From positions 558,001-622,000 of the forward strand of contig OZ287085.1 of the NCBI GenBank assembly GCA_965645245.1: a stretch of DNA of 64,000 bases, given 5' to 3'. The stretch is from Massalongia carnosa. Taxonomy: Eukaryota. The stretch's first letter is position 1, and every line of letters starts with the position of its first letter. Below are positions 1-12,432 of the stretch, piece by piece. Position numbers and translations under genes: made by a program. The notes beneath the pieces are model-generated. The model saw only the letters and a program-made list of their open reading frames with translations. It was not told the origin of the DNA and searched no databases.

Positions 1-3000
1 GGGCGGCTATTCATGCCGAAAGACTTCGAATTGTCGTTGGAAGGGGAGAGAAATTCGTTGCCAATTGATAGTGGGTCGTGTAGCTTTTCCGGGCTGCATC
101 GTATAGCCCTCGAGTCCTAATTGCTATGCCTCACCATAAATATCTGGCTGCTCGGCGATCCAGCGGAACATCGCTATACCAAGTCTCTGGGGGGTCGCGG
201 GCTAGTGACGCCGTTATTTGTTCGATAAAATGCCTTGTAGGTTGGGGTAATTGTCAGCGATTTTTCCAAATAGTCCTCGGGACAACCAATCTGCTAAGAA
301 ATTTCCTTTGGTAGACAGCCAGTGAGGTTCAATCTCATTGTCATATTTGCCGCCATCATGGCGATATTCCGGGGGGGATGCATGGCCCCGCCCCGAATGG
401 AGGTCTTTTTGACCCCGGACATTACAGCAAAGCTGTCGCAATAAAGAAGGAGATGGGCTCCCTTGCACAGGGGGAGCCACCGCCGTATGGCGTGCAGAAT
501 CGCTGTCATCTCCTTCTCATTGATATGTTTGGCTCTGAGCCTGGTGATATAACATTTAGAAACCACTTGCTCAGCGGGCAATATGTGTGTGATCTGACCA
601 CCATGAAGTATGTATGCCCCGATTGCGAAGTCCCCTCTGACATCCATCCAGAGACAGAGCAGGGGTCTCGAAGGGCTAATAATGTGTATGCCGTTCCATA
701 ATGGAAGGAAATTATGCCACTATAAAAGATCAGCTTTTATGTGAGAATTGATATACATAAATGGGCGCGCGGGCCCGATTTTGCAGTTGAAAAGGCGTCG
801 GAGAAAAGTTCTTTCCGGCACCAGCGCTTTGGCTGCAAAGCCTAGAAATCTTAGCAAGAGTGTCTAGCTTGTTTCTGGTTATCGTGGATTTATTCAATGT
901 TGTTTGGACGAGATCGTTAGCTTTCTGAAGCTTTTCGGCCGGTAGTCGTGCCTGCATGAGGTGTGTGTCCAGCTCGATGCCTAGGAATTCGACTACCGTG
1001 CATTGTCTATTTTTCTTATCGTTGATTTTTAGGCCGAGGTCTGAACAATTAATCATCATCCAGTTCAGACATTTCGCGAATATGTCAAACAAGAAGGGAG
1101 ACGTCCTGAGGCCGAATGGAAGAAAGCGTTCCATCAAGTAAACCGCGTTTCAACAAAAACCCAGCAACCACCAATCGCTTTGCGCCACTGGAACGTGGCG
1201 AAAGGCATCGGCTGGATCTCGTTTGATCAGTACGCAGTCCTTGCCCATTCTTCTGACGCCGGCGAGGGCTTCGTCGAAAGTGATATATTCCAGAGCGCCC
1301 AATCTTCGGGAATGAAGTCGTTCACCGAATTACCCTCGGGGTGGGAGAGGTAATGAATACGGCGCCATCCTCCGTTTACTTTGGGGACCAGGCCTAAGGG
1401 GGAGCATATATATCTGGTTGGTAGGGTGGGTACCTCGATCAATCGGTTCTTGGCCCTCTGGTCCTCTACGTCCATGGTCAGAATTTCTGGGCCCGCGTTG
1501 GCCGAGGCCAGGTTGTTGCTTAGAATGAACTGATCTGGGCCGGTGTAAACAATCTTGGCCCCGTACATGATTATATCGTGAATGGTCTGTTTGTAATTTT
1601 TTTCCGGATGACCCATGAGGTGAAGTTCCCAGCCTTCTTTTCTTAGAGGCCCTGAGGGTACGATTGCTGATTTATCTATCAGCGGATAGGGGAATCCTTC
1701 GGCGATATGATCAAATGGGCCGGCTAGTCAATCTCATCTACCCGTTGACATGAAATTTGGGTTGCTGATAAGTGCCTTGGGGCAGTTGTTTTTCGTGTGA
1801 TGGCCGAAACAGAGACTGCAGACGTGAGGGTACCTGCAGTCCTTGCATTCCCGCCCTGCGTTGTATCGATTGTAGGAGATGGGCTTTGATTTAGTGGAGC
1901 CGCCTACCGGGATTGATTCCGGGTGCTGTTTGGTGGTACCTCCCGTCATGTACAAGTTAGGTGTCCGTCGAGTAAGGTACATGTTTTCGATGGTGGTGTC
2001 GATTCTCCTCCATCCTGCCGGGTCGTTCACTCCCTGATACACTCGACCCCTGTGGAAGATTATATGAAACACTCGTACTGACTCTCAGGTGTAAGTGGTG
2101 TAATGTAATAACAAGCGGTCCTCATAGATTTGAAAGGCCCTCCAAAGACTGTCTTTTATTCCGGATGGTGCCAAATGAAGCAAGACCTGCCAATACACCC
2201 CGAGGTAGTGAATCAGGTGGGTAGTCCCTTGATGTCTCCTGGTGACGCGTCGTCTTCAGTTTCAGCAGGCAGTAGCTGGTTCGGGTGGGGAGAGTGTGCC
2301 TCCTGCCTACCCTCGGGGACTGTGTTTCCCTCCCTTATGCGCTGAATGGCCGCCAAGTTGTCGGCGATTTGTTTTTTGAAGGTGGCGGGTCTCCTCCTGC
2401 CTGAGGACTTTCGCCGTGGCCTCCTGCTGAGCCCTGAGATTCAACAGCAGATCCGGGATTGATTCCGATGTTCGGTGAACGTCTATGACATCGTCCCGAA
2501 GTGTTCCCTCCGAACCTTGAGTGTTCAAAGTGTTTAAATAAAAGGGGCTGAGGGAGCTGCACTGAATCAATGAAAAGGCTGATATGCTGCGCTTGAAGCT
2601 CTATAACTAAATTGAACTTAACTTAACTGAACTAACTGAACTATCTAAGAGAGATAGAAGGTGGGATTATTTGCCCAAATATATACACCGAATATGGCTT
2701 TCATGGAGTCTTCGAGAAACTTCTATCGCGTTCGTCGCAGGGACCTTGTCGTGCGATAATAGCGGAATGAATTATAGATTCCCATAGAATGTTCCATGCA
2801 ATTGTAAGGTGAAGTCATATCAGGTAAGACAATTAACCTCGGTATAGTGGCAAAAACAAATAACCCCAAGACAGTATGAGTCAACACGAAGGAGGCTGTG
2901 TTTCTGAAACTATGGCCCCTCTTCTAGGGGATCGGGTGGAACGAGTGGAACGTTGACCGGGCCCGGAGGTGTTTTCGAAGTGGACGAATGGCTTGATGAT

Positions 3001-3333
3001 TCTTTGAGGGCGATAGAAAGGCATGATAGGCTCAGAGTAGAGGCTAATATAGGATGAGAAGTAGAGGTGATTTAGAGTGATGGGATTAGGGGTGGGTAAT
3101 TGATAGATGTTTTTAATTCGGGAAAGACTTTCAAAAGACCTTTTGGTGCTGAACTCCGAATCAATGGTGATGATGAGGAGAAAGGTGCCAAAATGCCACC
3201 TATGTACATAGTATGCCCTTTTCTCTCCCTTGCTTGTCCAACTAACTTGGGCATCATCCTCCTTCCCTTCGTCGGCTATCCACGGCCTGCCTCCACTCGG
3301 TCCCGGCATTACCTTTCGCCCTAGCCGAATTAC
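1..3333 (-). mobile_element. Decayed Ngaro/DIRS-type tyrosine-recombinase retrotransposon (continues beyond left edge)
   Basis: Minus-strand order: terminal repeat (3333-3133); ORF1 with Cys/His finger CKDCRYPHVCSLCFGHHTKNNC (1734-2072); RT (SPLGLVPKVNGGWRRIHYLSHP 1227-1616; LPFGLRTSPFLF, FLGIELDT 730-1137, YxDD region deleted); DIRS-type RNase H (HINEKEMTAILHAIRRW...LYCDS 294-647); at 1-160 a frame AARYLW*GIAIRTRGLYDAARKSY resembling the start of the YR ORF. Confidence 0.8.
2570..2886. repeat. Possible LTR-like insertion within Ngaro ORF1
   Basis: ORF1 N-terminus (MPFYRPQ...QPPS) is cut at TCAACA (2881-2886) and coding-like sequence resumes near 2570; no TSD found, left boundary uncertain. 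Confidence 0.3.
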
Positions 3334-4402
3334 TACAATGCCAAGATCTTTCGCGGCAGCGCAGTTGCGAATAATGAACAGCTCATGTTATGAGAAATAG
3401 AAATTATGCGATTATACTGACATTCATGACGAATGAACAAGAATGAAGATTACATCGTTTGCGGAGATGATACTGTAAATCCAATCAGGAGAATGATCAT
3501 AAGGTCAATCTATTGAAGGGAGAAGTGATTACCTTGATGCATGATACGAATATTTGAAAGGGATAATTCATTTGTTTACTATATCTGTAGAGATATTTCC
3601 TGAACCCCTAAAATGCTAGCTAGCCTAATTGGATAACTAATCGTAGTCATCAACTACCTGACTACAATCTAGCTAGGCTAATACAGGCTAACATCAACAC
3701 AATCGAATGTTAAGAGGATAGGTTAATTCATTAAGAGCGAAGTCGAGATTCGATGATTTCTGTCATCGGACGCTTAGAAGATATATAGGAATAAAGAAGC
3801 GCAAAAGTCATCGCGCTAGGCCTCATGGAGTGCGAGACATTTGATGAACACACAAGACGACAAGCGAACATGTTTAAGATCAGATAAACACTTGAGACGA
3901 CGACTGTAAGACGACAGAGAACATAAGTCGACAGCGACAGGACGAGAGTAGTTGTTTACGTCTTTGTACGAGGGTCAAAGATACACGAAAGATACTTGTA
4001 ACATACTTTGTTCAAACATGAAACTGTCATGCACGTCGTTAAATACGTCCTTCAGTACGTCGTTTCCAACTTTCAATACGCGCATGAAGTTCATCACGAT
4101 CGTCGAGATTCGTTCGACAGCGATCATGATCTCGACACGAGATAAACCGTCATTTTCATCACTTCAAGCCTTCAATTTCTACTTCGACTGCGATATCTTG
4201 CATTGTGTGATCGGTTTGTTGTGCTGCGGTTAATTTCGTGCAGTCGTCATGTCGGAGTCAATTGACTGCGATTGGCAGAGCATGCTGAGTCAGTCGTTGA
4301 GCATTTCAGGCTGAACCTGAAAGTCTTCAAGTTCGCATCGTCACTGCTATTGTGTAATGTTTCGGCGTCTGGCGGAAACTTTTGTCCTCAATGCAATAAA
4401 GC

Positions 4403-4700
4403 ATGAACACGGCGATCTCTTCAAGCATGTTGGCCGGAAATATCATACCCTACGCTTTCAAGAACGGTTCCACCGGTATAAGCGGTCCAGAGGAACGTCG
4501 AACGTATGAACACGTCATAAACGTCTTGATCGGAAACTTTCCGTGGGATGGTCTCACAGGTTCGCTGTCGAAGTCAGATCCGAGGCTTGCCATTGAGGAT
4601 CACTGATTTTGATTAGACACACAGGCGAAGCTTATTCTTTCAAGATCCAGTCTCACTGAGAATGATCTCGAATCAATTTGGGGTCGTACTGGAACGATAG
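4403..4700 (+). pseudogene. Disrupted 5' exons of the ankyrin gene encoding an EH (Eps15-homology)-like domain; intron 4560-4616
   Basis: Splicing GTTCGC...CTGAT...TTAG (57 bp) gives PEERRTYEHVINVLIGNFPWDGLTDTQAKLILSRSSLTENDLESIW; motif continues QDGSWTQLEIFVAMHL in the 4701 ORF after a +1 shift (GGGG 4680-4683) and TAG (4698-4700). Confidence 0.55.
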
Positions 4701-7700
4701 ATGCCCAGGGCCTACCAAGATGGCTCTTGGACACAGTTGGAAATCTTTGTTGCCATGCACTTGGCACAGGCCTATGAGAAGCTCTCTCTCAATGAGATGG
4801 CCCTGCAGTTCGCCGGGTCCCTTCCACCGGAGGCCACCGGTAAAATCAAGAGGAGGACAAGCTACGCTGAGGCGGGGATCTCACTGCAGCCGGATGATAA
4901 CCAGGGCGCCGTGAGACGTGCGACTTTCTCGGCTAAATCAAACCCGCAAGTGGCCAGCCCTGCAAGACATGCTACCTCGGATGCTACCACGACGACAAGG
5001 GTGAGACGTCTTCGCCGTACTCAAGCGCTCTCTGTTCGAGCCACTTCCTCGGAGAGCCAACCTGGTTTGGAGCCCATAGAGTCGATCCCAGAAATTCCGG
5101 ACTGGAGGCATCAAGATAAGATCCCTCCTCGCCCAATATCTCGCCAACATACAGCTCCCGCAAACTTTTTAGGCCACCGAGAAGAGTCCGAAGACGTGAT
5201 GCGGAGTAGTAGCATCAGGACTGATACCGCCAGTCGAGCTCAAAGATTAGCCAGCTTGATCCAGGTTCGATGCCCAAAGGTCACGATAGATCCAGACATC
5301 GAGATTTTCGCGCCAAGGCCACCCGATATTTCCATCGTGGATAGGACGACTGCTCGTGACATCCTTGCCCGAATTCGACGCGAGAATCCCAAATTCAAAC
5401 GTTCCTCCGACGGTTTAGGAAAGTACTTTAAGCCCAAGCAAGCAAAGCAGAATTCATCCGACATTGATACGTGGACGTTTGATGAGCACGAATTGAGGCT
5501 CACCTTACGCGTAGTGGTGGATCAGTTGGGATTGGTTGGTGTTGCGAAAGAGCTCATCGACATGGGTGCGGATATTCACTCTCTGAAGCAGGAGCCCAAG
5601 TCCAAGGTCAGAGCCTTTATTTCGAGCCAATCAAACTCGATTCCATACAACTTTGCAAAGATTGCCGCCATCGGGAACAACGTCGAGATGATCCATCTAC
5701 TCGCTGCTCGTGGGGCATCACGAGATGAATTGGCTGAGGCTTTGGAACAAGCCGTCAGCCAGAACAGACCGATGGTGGTGTTGGCTCTCCTACAGAACCA
5801 TGCAGACCCTAACGCGCACGACGGGTCGATTTTCGCCTTTGCCGTTGCTTCTCAGGATCCAGCATTAGTCAAGCTGCTACTCAGAGCCCGTCAGAAAATC
5901 GATAAGCGTTGGCTGACCGAAAATCTCGTAAATGCTGTCGCGCAAGGACAAACAGAAATTGTCTCCCTGTTACTGATCTATGGAGCCGACGTTTCTTATG
6001 CGGGCGCTTCGGCTCTTAGGATATCAGTACTGGCTCAGCGTATCGACCTTGTCCTTGCTATCGTGAAAATGAAAGTTGGTGTCATGGGCCAGCTTGCGTC
6101 TTCGGTGATCGAAGACGCGTTTTTGAGTAGCAGTTCGCTCACTGTCCCCGAGCAGTATCTTCTGCTCGAGATTTTACTTTGTGCGGGCGCCACCGGAGAA
6201 CCGGTGGCGAGATTACTCCCCTCGGTGGTTCGAGCAGGTCACCGAAGCATCGTGGAGTTGTTGGTCATGCATGGTGCGGATCTGCAGTACCATCGCGCAG
6301 AAGCCTTGAGGGGAGCCGTCGTGGGGGCGAACTTGGGTATTCTCTCTACGCTTCTCCTGCGCAACATCCCACAGGAACTTGCCAGCAGTCTAATCGACGA
6401 GGTTCCCCATTCGTGCAACGATGACCAAACGTATGAACTAATGTCCGTTCTGATCGCCAAAGGGGCGGAGGGGCTCCCTCTGGACCGGGCCCTGGTGCGC
6501 GCTGTGCAGGGGAAATATGGCAAGACTGTAGGACTACTTCTCGACCACCACGCTAGCATTATGTTTGAAGACTCCCAGGCACTCACGATGGCCGTGACCT
6601 CAGGTGATCTGGGTATAGTAAATTTGCTGTTGAGCAAGGGACGGCCACGGCAGATTTCATTGCAAATGGTTTTACCGCGAATACCACAGAGTCCGCCACA
6701 ACTGCGATATGAGATGACTCGGTCTATCATTAGTGCTGCAGGACATAATAGGATCTCCACCGAAATCCTCAACGACGCCTTGCTTGCCGCTCTAGGTCAG
6801 CCCTCGGAAGAGGTCGACGAAGGTCTAGTCGACCTTCTTGTTACAGCCGGAGCAGAGGTTGATTGTCAATGGGGAAGATGCTTCCGACTGGCTGCAGAAC
6901 GTGAATCTATAGAATTGCTTAAATTTTTGATAAGACACAGGTTTGACACCGCGTTGCTTTGTTCGGCCGTATCTGCGAGCATGAAAATCAACGAGCAAAA
7001 GCTCCGACGAAAGTTTATCACCACCCTTCTCGATTACGGCGCAAAAGGCTCGGATGTCGATCAAGCTCTTATTGCCGCCATAGAGGAGAGGCCCAGCGAC
7101 AAGCAATTGGTTCGATCTCTCCTGGAGAAGGCCGACATCGAGAAAAATGGAGGTCGAATCCTTTTGGCAGCTGTCCGATGCTCTTCTTGTGACCTTGTGG
7201 CCTCGATCATTGACATGGGTAGAACAGACCGACGATCTCGACTCGAAGTCTTACCCATCCTATTCGATCCTGGTACCAACAACCGACAAGCAATGTTAAG
7301 CTTATTGCTTCGAGCGGGGATTGCGCAACAGGGTCTGGACAACGCCCTGATATGGGAAATCCGCGGAGAAGGGGACGGTGACGTGGTCGGAAGGCTCCTT
7401 GATCACAAGGCATCCTGCCAACACGATGGCGGCAAATCGTTGGAGCTTGCGATTCGCTCCCAGAACGAGAAGGTTCTGGATCTGCTGGTTGCCAGCCACC
7501 CTGACCACTGCATACTTGAGGACATGATACAGCATGCCATGCGAATCAAGGATGTGTCTTCTAGACGTGCCTGCCTAGCCATCCTACTCCGAGGTGGTGC
7601 TGGAGGCGACCAAGTAAGCGGTGCATTGCTGCAGGAAATAATATACCCAGACCATCAAGATTTGCAGCTCATCCGGCTTTTAGTACGGCATGGTGCTAGA

Positions 7701-10218
7701 ATTGATTACTGCAGCGGAAAAGCTATTAAACATGTAGCATCGGTTCCTCTCGACCTTGATATACTAAAGACTCTTGTATCCGGCACGGCAGCTTTGACTG
7801 TACTGGCATCGCTCGTTCCCCTTATGGCTCATGACCAGCATGTGAGGCTATCGATGCTAGAGGTACTTCTGAAAAATGGTGCTCGTGGAGATCATGTCCA
7901 TGCGGCCCTTGTGACCGCAGTATCCGATGGAGACAACGCACAGCCAACCATTGACCTCTTATTGGAATACGATGCTTCAGCCAATTTCCAAGAGGCTGAA
8001 GCTATCAAGGTAGCCGCTCTGGCGGGATCGACATCAATTTTGAGATGCTTGCTCAACCAGAAACTGGACCCTAGCCATTGGCCTGCAGTTATGAGACTTG
8101 CAATGCAGGTGCCTACTTCGCAATCTAGATCAAATTCCCCTCGGAGACTTAACTGTGTACGCCTCTTGACACGGTCTAAAGCTAACAATCTTGAACCAGT
8201 ACATTCAGCATTGATCCAATCTGTGCAAGAAAAGGACAATGATCTCATCGAACATCTGATTCTCAGCGGAGCAGATCCGAATTTTAGAGACGGTCGGAGC
8301 GTTGTCGCTGCTGCATGGCAATTCGATATTAGATCTCTTCAAATGCTGGCACAGTCAAATCTGACGTCAGAGATCTGTTCACGCGCGTTTACTGCCATCT
8401 CTCAACACCCTGATAGGTCGCACCAGGACCCTGAACTCACACACCAGCTTCACAGAATTCTAATCTCTGGAGGAGCCAAAGGCCCAGCTGTAGATCAGGC
8501 GTTCTGCGACGCCCTTTTATTGCCGTATGTGCTCGAAGTCGAGTTCGTTAGCATGGTATTGAGCTGTCAAACTACGCTTGACGTCAACTTCAACGGCGGT
8601 GCAATGTTATGCGGTGCGGTCAAAAGAGCTCGATTTGATATCGTCCAGAAGCTGTTATCGCAGAGTCCGGAGGAAAAGACTTTACGTGCCGCATTTATGT
8701 CCATCTTCGAATCTGACGTTGAAGAGGCATCCCTCGTCTCAATGACGCAAACATTCTTTGATCACTCACCAGAGGAAAAGTACATGTATTTCCGACAAGA
8801 CAACCCGTTAAATGATCCGCTGTACCAGACTCTGCATCGTCACAGCGGCAAGCCGATTATGCTACAGACGCTACTCGACAATGGCTGCGAAACCGATTCC
8901 AAATTTTCGTGGATTTTCGATGCCCAACTTGGCGCTGAAGAAACATCCCCACTGCTCTGGCTCCTCTGTCAAGACGATGAGCGTATCGACGAACGTACAG
9001 TGAAGTTTCTCTTGAACAGCGGAGGTTCGTTTCTCCGATCTACGTTTATCATCCCCATCCGTCAAAAGCTAAAATTGCCTCTAGCAAGTAGCCGATCCAA
9101 ATGCCCGCTCCTCTATTACTGGGAAAACTCCCTTAATCATCGCAGCTGCTTCCTCACAACCTAAAATTGTTTCACGACTACTTGAAGCAGGTGCTGAACT
9201 CGACATTCAGGATTCTTCTAGCCAGACTCCCTTGCTCTGCGCTACGTTGGCAAATAACCTGGAGAGCATGAGACTCCTCCTTATGAGCAAGGCGGATGTT
9301 GACGACGAGTCTCTCCATATCGCAGCAAGACATCTAAATTTTCTTGCTCTCAAGGTTCTGCTCGAACATGATGCTTCAGTCAACTTGCCAGGAACGTTAA
9401 ACTGTGAAGGCCGGACACCTCTTGAAGAACTCTGCCGCATGGCGAATCCACGGGTGAACTCAGCCCAGCTCAAAAAATGCTTGAAAATGCTGTGCAACGC
9501 GACGTCACAATCAAAACTCAAATCACGCAATAACGGCAAATCGCTCGTACTACTAGCTCTTAACAACGACGATCCTCTCCAGATGACCAGAGCGCTTCTG
9601 GTTTGCTGTGACACCATAGAATGCGGCCTGAACGAGGACTGCAACCTTTTCAAACAACAAACATTCTTTTACAGTCCAACCATGTACATCCGCCACTTTA
9701 AGTGTATTGAGCGCTCCGGCCCCCACTCCCTCCACCCCTCTCAACCCTGCTGCACCGCGGACAACTGCCCTGCCCCAGAGCTAGAAAGGCTTCTCCGCGC
9801 GCACGGCTGCGATGACCGCTTCTGGGACGACAACGCAAGCGTCAATCAACCAGACGGCGCCTGCGGTCTACCCCCCGCTATTGTCGCCGCTCAAAGTGAA
9901 GCTGAGAGCTCACAACGCGAGCAGGCAAAGCAAGCAAGGATCGAAGCGGAAGAGAAATCCCGCCCTGACGCCTTACAAGCCGAGCTTGATGCCGCCGCTG
10001 ACGCTGAGCTCCGGCGTGAGAACGCGAGATTGGCAGCGTTCGAAAGGACAAGAGTAGCGAAGGCGCGGGTTAAGGAAGCGGAATATAACGCTCGAAGGAA
10101 TCGAGAACAGAAGAAACTTGACGATCAGGAGAAGCGAGAAAACTACTTGGCGCGGGAAGAGGAGATGAGATTGAAAAGGCTAGGGGATATCAAGATCTCA
10201 CGAGACGAATGGAAGTGA
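4701..10218 (+). CDS. Giant ankyrin-repeat protein with Cys-containing C-terminal region and coiled-coil tail; join(4701..9024,9092..10218), ~1816 aa
   Basis: Many degenerate ANK units (LLLIYGADVS, LLVMHGADLQ, LILSGADPN). 67-bp intron 9025-9091 (GTTCGT...GCTAAA...TAG) fuses both ORFs in frame as GADPNARSSITGKTPLIIAA. E/R/K/A-rich tail; further frameshifted coding-like sequence to ~10368. Confidence 0.85.
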
Positions 10219-10468
10219 ATATTGAGAAGGAATTGTTGAAAAGCGAGAAAGAGTTGATGGAAAAAAAAAGACGTTGAGTAACAATATGACGAAGATGTTG
10301 AAAGAGGCGAGAAATGTCGGTGTTAAACATGAGTCATTAGGTAAGGTCTTAGACGAGATTTCATATTGAAACAGATAATTTCCTTAAACAATATAACGAG
10401 TAATTACTACTACGTTTAACGAAATTCTCAAATCGAGTTTGTTATTATGTAAACATAGGTCGTAATTA

Positions 10469-10524
10469 CAACGCGCAATGGGTTGGATTTTCGAGCGAAA
10501 ATTGCTTTTTTGTCATAGAGTTTT
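10469..10524 (+). mobile_element. Truncated left end of short hAT-type MITE
   Basis: ACGCGCAATGGGTTGGATTTTCG..AAAATTGCTTTTT matches start of the 15435 copy; cut by the LTR at 10525. Confidence 0.6.
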
Positions 10525-11135
10525 TGTTACGATCCGCATTCGTCATATCGTAACCAGAGCTTAGTTAGGCCTAGTGTCATTTGCTAGTCTAACACGTTAT
10601 CGCAGAGATGACTACTCTGACATCGAAATCTGCGAGCACAGGACTACGCCGCGCAACGAGTCGGGTTGTTCGGGTTTTGACTAGTCGAACCCGACCCGCT
10701 GCTGGGTTGGGAAACCTGTAGACCTCAACTCGATGGGTTGAGGAACAGTTCCCGGGTAAACCCGTTTGACACGTTCGACCTGGTCGATTTTTTATGTCAA
10801 TTTTAAACGTGTTTTTTAGTCGTTTTAAACACATTTGAAAACTCTGAAAATTCTGAAAATAGTAGTCAAGAAATGATGATTAACTTTTATCGTTTTAAAC
10901 GTCATATTTCGATCGAATTTTCATATTAAACTTGCAAAAAAAACTGACCGGGTTGAACGGTTTAACCCTGAAACCCACCCAAAAAACCTGAACCTGTCGG
11001 GTCGGGTTCAAGGGGGTCCAACCCGACCGAAAACACGATTCAAATCCGACGGGTTTAACTTAACCCGTTGTGCGACGTAGACAGGACGAGTCGGAAATAT
11101 ATTACTCGACGGACAAAAGATGACTATACAGAAAG
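10525..11135 (+). repeat. LTR-like repeat X, copy 1 (interrupted by MITE, truncated by LTR Y)
   Basis: Starts TGTTACGAT; inverted homolog of 12227-12432. Confidence 0.6.
10645..11079 (+). mobile_element. hAT-type MITE, long variant (435 bp)
   Basis: TIR TACGCCGCGCAACG / CGTTGTGCGACGTA; 8-bp TSD CACAGGAC/GACAGGAC; subterminal AACCCG/CGGGTT motifs; empty site present in the paralog at ~12311-12323. Confidence 0.85.
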
Positions 11136-11482
11136 TGTAACGGTTCCGCCAAGCGTGGTGCGGACGGCGGGACCTACAGCGAACATAGCAGGAGTCCCAG
11201 TTATGGTAGAATAGAGCTTGGTCTGCGGACTAAGTATTGTGCCTTTTGGTCGGGAAGTGTGACGAAGCGAGATAGTGAATAGATTTCTACCATTGCGCCA
11301 CCTGTCCTTCCCGACCAAAAGGCACAATACTTACTCCGCAGACCAAGCTCTATTCTACTATAAGTGGGACTCCTGCTATGTTCGCTGTAGGTCCTGCCGT
11401 CCGCACCACGCTTGGTCGAACCGTTACAGGAAGGACAGGTGGCGCAATGGTAGAAATCTATTCACTATCTCGCTTCGTCACA
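11136..11482 (+). mobile_element. LTR Y (171 bp) containing an inverted solo copy of itself at 11258-11428
   Basis: TGTAACGG...CGTCACA; inner copy flanked by GGAAG TSD (11253-11257, 11429-11433). Confidence 0.9.
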
Positions 11483-11711
11483 GAATACTTAGTCATCACA
11501 TGGTGTATTAGTCGTGAGTTCGATTCCTGAACTGAGTTCCTCGCATTTTCGCCTTGCTTCGATGGACTGAAGCTAGGACGAAACGGGAAAGCATTGAATG
11601 AAAACTCTCTAAGTCGGATCGGCGAGGGCCGTACGCTAAGAAGAGCCTATTCTTCGGGGCTAACTATAACCGGAAGCAGCTAGGGGCTAGCTGCAGCTTG
11701 ACGGGCGGTAG

Positions 11712-11882
11712 TATGACGGTTCGACCAAGCGTGGTGCGGACGGCGGGACCTACAGCGAACATAACAATAGTCCCAGTTATAGTAGTATAGAGCTTGGTCG
11801 GCGGACTAAGTATTGTGCCATATGGTCGGGAAGAACATGTGACGCAAAGGTAGAAATCTATTCACTATCTCGCATGGTCACA
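11712..11882 (+). mobile_element. LTR Y copy preceded by PPT-like GGGCGGTAG; with 11136 it brackets a ~230-bp internal remnant
   Basis: 171-bp match to LTR Y with TG->TA start; outer flanks (GAAAG vs AACCC) do not form a TSD. Confidence 0.75.
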
Positions 11883-12193
11883 AACCCGGTCAGTTTTTTC
11901 TGAGAATTAAATATGAAAACTCGACGTAAATTTGACGTTTGAAGTATTAAAATGTTTTGCTTACTAATCATCATTTCTTGATGACAAATTCCAGAAATTT
12001 TATAATTTTCAAATTTGTTTTAAAAGTCTAATAAACACGTTTAAAATTGATATAAAAAATTGACCGGGTCGAACGGGTTAACCCGGGAGCGGTTCCCCAA
12101 CCCAGCGGGTTGAGCCCTACAGGTTCCCAACCCGGTTGCGGGTCGAGATCGAATATTCAAAACCCGACCCAACCCGACCCGTTGTGCGGCGTA
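11883..12193 (-). mobile_element. hAT-type MITE, long variant, inverted and truncated
   Basis: Reverse complement of ~10645-10955; ends CCCGTTGTGCGGCGTA. Confidence 0.8.
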
Positions 12194-12226
12194 CGTCTGA
12201 TTACTGTTTCATTAAATCAAAACTAA

Positions 12227-12432
12227 TGTTTTCATAATATTCAATAGATTCTTCCGTCTTACTTCTTTCTGTATTGTTATCGCATTTCCGTCGAGTCATA
12301 CGTTCCCGACTCGTCCTGTGCTCGTAGATATCGATTTTAGAGTAGTCATATCTGCGATAACGTGTTAGATTAACAGATGACACTAGGTCTAACTAAGCTC
12401 TTGTTACGATATCTCGAAGGCGAATCGTAATA
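12227..12432 (-). repeat. LTR-like repeat X, copy 2 (uninterrupted)
   Basis: Inverted homolog of 10525-11135 with a single CACAGGAC at the MITE insertion site. Confidence 0.65.

Noticed and set aside
3540..4003. Two further solo LTRs (~3542-3699 and 3708-4003)
   Set aside because: TG...CA-like ends but no TSD and no second copy in the window
4701..10218. NLR-type heterokaryon incompatibility gene
   Set aside because: No NACHT/NB-ARC Walker A motif seen, and the ANK repeats are highly divergent from each other
11136..11882. Intact TRIM-like mini-retrotransposon
   Set aside because: Two LTRs and a PPT are present, but there is no TSD and the flanks belong to different elements; more likely a rearranged remnant
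10645..12193. Telomeric repeats (AACCC-rich tracts)
   Set aside because: Dispersed AACCCG motifs in both orientations within MITE subtermini, not tandem TTAGGG arrays
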